Assembly: GCF_044704955.1 (NCBI RefSeq) | Contig: NC_091990.1 | Location: 184,574,001 to 184,638,000 of the forward strand | DNA from: Pristiophorus japonicus | Lineage: Eukaryota | Length of the DNA stretch: 64,000 bases | Direction of reading: 5' to 3' | Shown: positions 59,721-64,000 of the stretch, piece by piece | Numbering within the stretch: the first letter of the stretch is position 1 | How the letters are laid out: the number at the start of each line of letters is the position of its first letter | Program-made: the position numbers and the translations under genes | Notes under the pieces: generated by a model | Database searches by the model: none | What the model was told of the DNA's origin: nothing | The model's input: only the letters and a program-made list of their open reading frames with translations

Positions 59721-61928
59721 GGGGTGAAACTGGGTTCCTTTGCACCTCCCATCAGCACCCACAGGGGCCGCTAAAACGACCGGGCGCTGTTAACGACTCC
59801 TACCATATTGGGCAGGAGTTTAGCGGTGATCCCATTAGCGCCCCGGCCAGAAATTGGCTTTTGCCTCCTGCAGCAGCACTGGTCGTAAACACCAACAGTT
59901 GCAGGGGACATGTGTTGGGATGTGTTGGGTGGCCGGCCGACACCAGGATGAAAGTTAAAGGTGAGGTGGCCAAGTGAAAAATAAACTTACCTTTTTGTTG
60001 CCGTTCCAGATGCAGTTTCTTCGTGGGGTCATGCCGGCGATCACTCAGCACGCCACTCTGCTTGAGTGATGGTCCGGGAGACAAGAGTTCAAATCCCACC
60101 ACGGCAGCTGGGGAATTTAACTTCAGTTAATTAAATAAATCTGAAATTTTTTTAAAAAGCTAGTATCAGTGATGGTGACCATGAAACTACTAGATTGTTG
60201 TTAAAACCCATCTGCTTCACTAATGTCAATTAGGGAAGGACATTTGCCGTCCTTACCCGGTCTGGCCTGTGTGTGACTCCAGATCCACAGCAATGTGGTT
60301 GACTCTTAACTGACCCCTGAAATGGCCCAGCGAGACACTCGGTTGTCCTAAACCACTACGACAAAGTCAGCACTGTGGGAGTACCTTCACCACACGGATT
60401 GCAGCTGTTCAAATAGGTGGCTCAGCACCACCTTCTCAAGGGCAATTAGGGATGGGCAATAAATGCTGGCCTTGCCAGCAATGCCCACATCCTGTGAACA
60501 AATAAAAAAAAGCTTCTTAAGTGGGCAAGTGCATGGTGGCTGCAACAGCTGCTGGGAGTCGTTCAGCAATGAATCTGACCCGCGAAAGTGAGATCAATGA
60601 CTGACCATGGCAGAAAGTGGACCCCAGGTTTTCGGTCGCTGGACTGGAGGTCTTGGTGGAGGAGGTGGAATGGAGGAGAGATGTCCTGTACCCTCAGGGG
60701 GGCAGGAGGCCCTCCAGACATATGATAGGAAGGCAGTGGGAGCAGATCGCCACAGAGGTCAATGCCAGGAGTTTAGCCCCAAGAACCTGGATGCAGTGCC
60801 ACAAGAAGTTTAATGATCTCACACGTGGTCAGGGTCAGTGAATGCACCTTCAAATATCATATCCCACCAAGTGCACCACCAGCCTCAGCCGCTGCTCAAA
60901 TCGCCACACCCCCATCACTCACCTATCAACAATCTCTGTCAATCAGGACTCATACCTAACATTCATATGCTTTACCTGACCCTCACACATGTGGCACTGT
61001 TGCAAGCCTCACAGCCACATCTCACAGCTTGCACACACTGGCAGCTATTCAACTATGACAGCCACAATATCCAAACATACCGCACGACACTCACTGACAC
61101 TCTTACAGGAGAAGGTGGTGCACAATGAGGCCACAGGAACTAACTGGCTGGCCATTATGGGAAGGGCCATTGCTGAGGCCGTGGCCACTGGTGGGGCTGA
61201 AGATGAGGGTATCCACATACCTAATCCTCCTTCTCTCATCCCACTGCTCCCTCATCCTCCACTCTGTTCTGACTGAGAAGCTGCTGATGGTGTAAGCATG
61301 CACTTCTTATTTTCTCCTCTTCCCTCACCACAATCTTTGTCCCTTTTTCCTTTCACCCAAGAACTGCAACCTGGCCGGGCAGTGGAGGAAGAGCAAGAAG
61401 ACAGTGATGATGAAGACACACCGTCACTCGATTTCACACTCGCAGCACCAACTCAGATCCCGACACTGCGTGTAATTTAGAGGATAGCATAGAGGCGGGA
61501 TTTTCACGTGCTGAGACACTGAGCTCATGTGTGCTGCAGCCAAGGCAGGGGGGAAAGGATAGCACAGATGCCAGCTTGTCGAAGGGGGAGGTCACACACT
61601 AGTTCTGCTGCAAAGGACTCAGATGATGACTTGAAAGGGCCAGGCTACAGAAGAAGGCAGTTGGGCATGCACACCAAAATGCTTGGTGCATTGGGAAGCC
61701 TGACGGAAAGTCTGTGTCCATTGTCAAGCTTTGCCCAGAGCTTGGAGCCCATCCTTTCCAGCATGGAATGGGTGGCCACCTCCATCAACATAACTGTGGA
61801 GCCAACCATGATGCAGCATCTGATGGTCAATGTCTCAGCTTCCATTACAACACATGCAGCTTCCACTCAATGTCTGAGGGCTACAGTGGAAGCTCACAAA
61901 ATGTCGCTATGGAGCCCAATTTCGCCCG
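59721..61928 (+). mobile_element. Harbinger deletion derivative retaining the Myb/SANT pseudogene (60607 to about 61895), lacking the transposase
   Basis: TIRs GGGGTGAAACTGGG / CCCAATTTCGCCCG flanked by TTA / CTA; PRFSVAGLEVLVEEV..WEQIATEVNA..RTWMQCHKKFNDL; later exons homologous to 18765 and 19095. Confidence 0.8.
60046..60511 (+). mobile_element. tRNA-derived SINE with LINE-derived 3' tail
   Basis: Pol III B-box GTTCAAATCC near 60087; 60368-60511 matches the LINE tail at 22323-22470; A-rich end. 5' boundary approximate. Confidence 0.72.
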
Positions 61929-62811
61929 CTAACATTTTCGGGTATTTTCCTTCACTTTTCATTTTCACAAAATCATTTATTTTGAGGAAGTCACAGAATG
62001 TACAGGTAAAGGGAAGACCATGCAAGTTGTTTATATGGATTTTCAGAAGTGCGATTTCACACTTCTCTCTATTGGACTACAGTTTATCTTTTCCTATCTG
62101 CTTACCCTGTAATGTTTTACATTTTCCCTCAGTTTGCCAAACCATCATTCTTCTTGTACCTATATCCAAACTATTTAAATAAATGTGAAGCAAAGAAGTC
62201 CACCACTATCAGTATCATGCTAATCTAAAAAATATCCATGTATGCCTACTCTTTGATTTCTGTCCCATAGTCGATCCTCTATTCACATAGCTGCTCCATT
62301 CCCTTTAATATCATGGCCCTTCATTTTTGTAGTAAGTCCTAAGTGGCACCTTTTCAAATGCTTACTGAAATCCATATTAACAAATTGCATGGTCTTCCCT
62401 TTACCTGTACATTCTGTGACGTCATCAAAATAAATGACCAGAGGCCAGAAGGTGGGGGCGCGGGGCCCGACTCTCCGGACGATCCAATACCTGGTGCTGA
62501 GGGGCTCCGATTCTCGCCCGTCACTCCGCTGGGTCTGTTCTCCACGGATGAGAGCGCTGTCTTCGAGGAACCTGCATTGCCATGCTCCAGAAGCCATCTA
62601 GTGGTCCTCCAGTCAATCCCTCCTCCACTCTGGAGGTACCAGCCCCAAGCACCTCGCCACAGGGCACCCATTTGTCCCCAGGATGGCGTCGACCCCGCGG
62701 AGGTCTCGTGGACGCGGCAGGTCTGTTCCACAAATGCCACATGACAGCGGAGAGATGGTACAGTTGTCTAGGAGGACTGTAGACATTAGTGTCCAGCTCA
62801 TCGAAGCTTTT

Positions 62812-63624
62812 GGTGAGGTTATCCACTTTGGTGGTAAAAACAGAGAGACAGACTATTATCTGAATGGTGACAGATTAGGAAAAGGGGAGGTGCAAAGAGA
62901 CCTGGGTGTCATGGTACATCAGTCATTGAAGGTTGGCATGCAGGTGCAGCAGGCGGTTAAGAAAGCAAATGGCATGTTGGCCTTCATAGCAAGGGGATTT
63001 GAGTACAGGGGCAGGGAGGTGTTACTACAGTTGTACAGGGCATTGGTGAGGCCACACCTGGAGTATTGTGTACAGTTTTGGTCTCCTAACCTGAGGAAGG
63101 ACATTCTTGCTATTGAGGGAGTGCAGCGAAGGTTCACCAGACTGATTCCCGGGATGGCGGGACTGACCTATCAAGAAAGACTGGATCAACTGGGCTTGTA
63201 TTCACTGGAGTTCAGAAGAATGAGAGGCGACCTCATAGAAACATTTAAAATTCTGACGGGGTTAGACAGGTTAGATGCAGGAAGAATGTTCCCAATGTTG
63301 GGGAAGTCCAGAACCAGAGGTCACAGTCTAAGGATAAGGGGTAAGCCATTTAGGACCGAGATGCGGAGGAACTTCTTCACCCAGAGAGTGGTGAACCTGT
63401 GGAATTCTCTACCACAGAAAGTTGTTGAGGCCAATTCACTAAATATATTCAAAAAGGAGTTAGATGAGGTCCTTACTACTAGGGGGATCAAGGGGTATGG
63501 CAAGAAAGCAGGAATGGGGTACTGAAGTTGAATGTTCAGCCATGAACTCATTGAATGGCGGTGCAGGCTAGAAGGGCCGAATGGCCTACTCCTGCACCTA
63601 TTTTCTATGTTTCTATGTTTCTAT
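62812..63624 (+). mobile_element. 5'-truncated CR1 LINE, young
   Basis: Open frame EVIHFGGKN to KAGMGY-stop (63525); 3' UTR and (TTCTATGT)n tail. Confidence 0.96.
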
Positions 63625-63714
63625 CCTGACAGCTGGCCACCATGACCGAGTACATTCCACGGATGGCGGAGGCCCTGGATGCGATAGCCAGGAACACTGC
63701 TGGCACAGGCCAGG

Positions 63715-63832
63715 TACTTACGGCTAAAGGGATCAAGGGGTACTGAGATGAATGATCAGCCATGATCTTATTGAATGGTGGTGCAAGCTCAAAGGGCCGA
63801 ATGGCCTACTCCTACACCTATTTTTTCTATGT
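63715..63832 (+). mobile_element. CR1 3' stub with internal deletion
   Basis: CTTACGGCTAAAGGGATCAAGGGGTACTGAG...GGCCGAATGGCCTACTCC...TTCTATGTT. Confidence 0.85.
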
Positions 63833-64000
63833 TACTCCATCTCCAAGTTCCGGAGCACCACTGCGAACGACAGATGAGAGCAAGGACCATGATCTTGCTT
63901 CTGCATCAGAGAATGTTACCCCCTCTGCACCCCCTGCTCCCGTACCCGTGCAACCACTGCATCTGCCTTCATCTCCCCTAATGAGGCACAGCCTGAGGAG

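Noticed and set aside
62683-63525. 280-aa chimeric ORF as a novel fusion gene
   Set aside because: Chance in-frame junction of flanking sequence with a 5'-truncated CR1 that lacks the RT catalytic core.

Overview
Eukaryotic non-genic DNA, almost entirely transposon-derived. The repeat repertoire (HER1-like CR1 LINEs, Penelope, RTE, Tx1, L2, Mag-type Gypsy, many Harbinger relics) resembles a cartilaginous fish; this is an inference. No host protein-coding gene, RNA gene or CRISPR array could be supported. The window opens with >=6.3 kb of an 8-bp satellite (TCTATGTC/TCTATGTT/TCTATATC) whose unit matches the 3' terminal octamer of the CR1 family that dominates the window. The rest is a stack of nested insertions, many resolvable by target-site duplications (TSDs): a complete Gypsy element (38930-46868) with a CR1 in its 5' LTR, a five-level nest at 49448-57495 containing a full-length CR1, and several Harbinger elements and MITEs. 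Best leads: the LINE-tail-derived satellite with higher-order blocks, an RT nonsense mutation shared by two nested inverted CR1 copies, tail-target microhomology with a double-tailed stub, a covarying CR1 3' stem-loop, and a 24-bp palindromic E-box/GATA minisatellite. All coordinates and alignments were done by eye.
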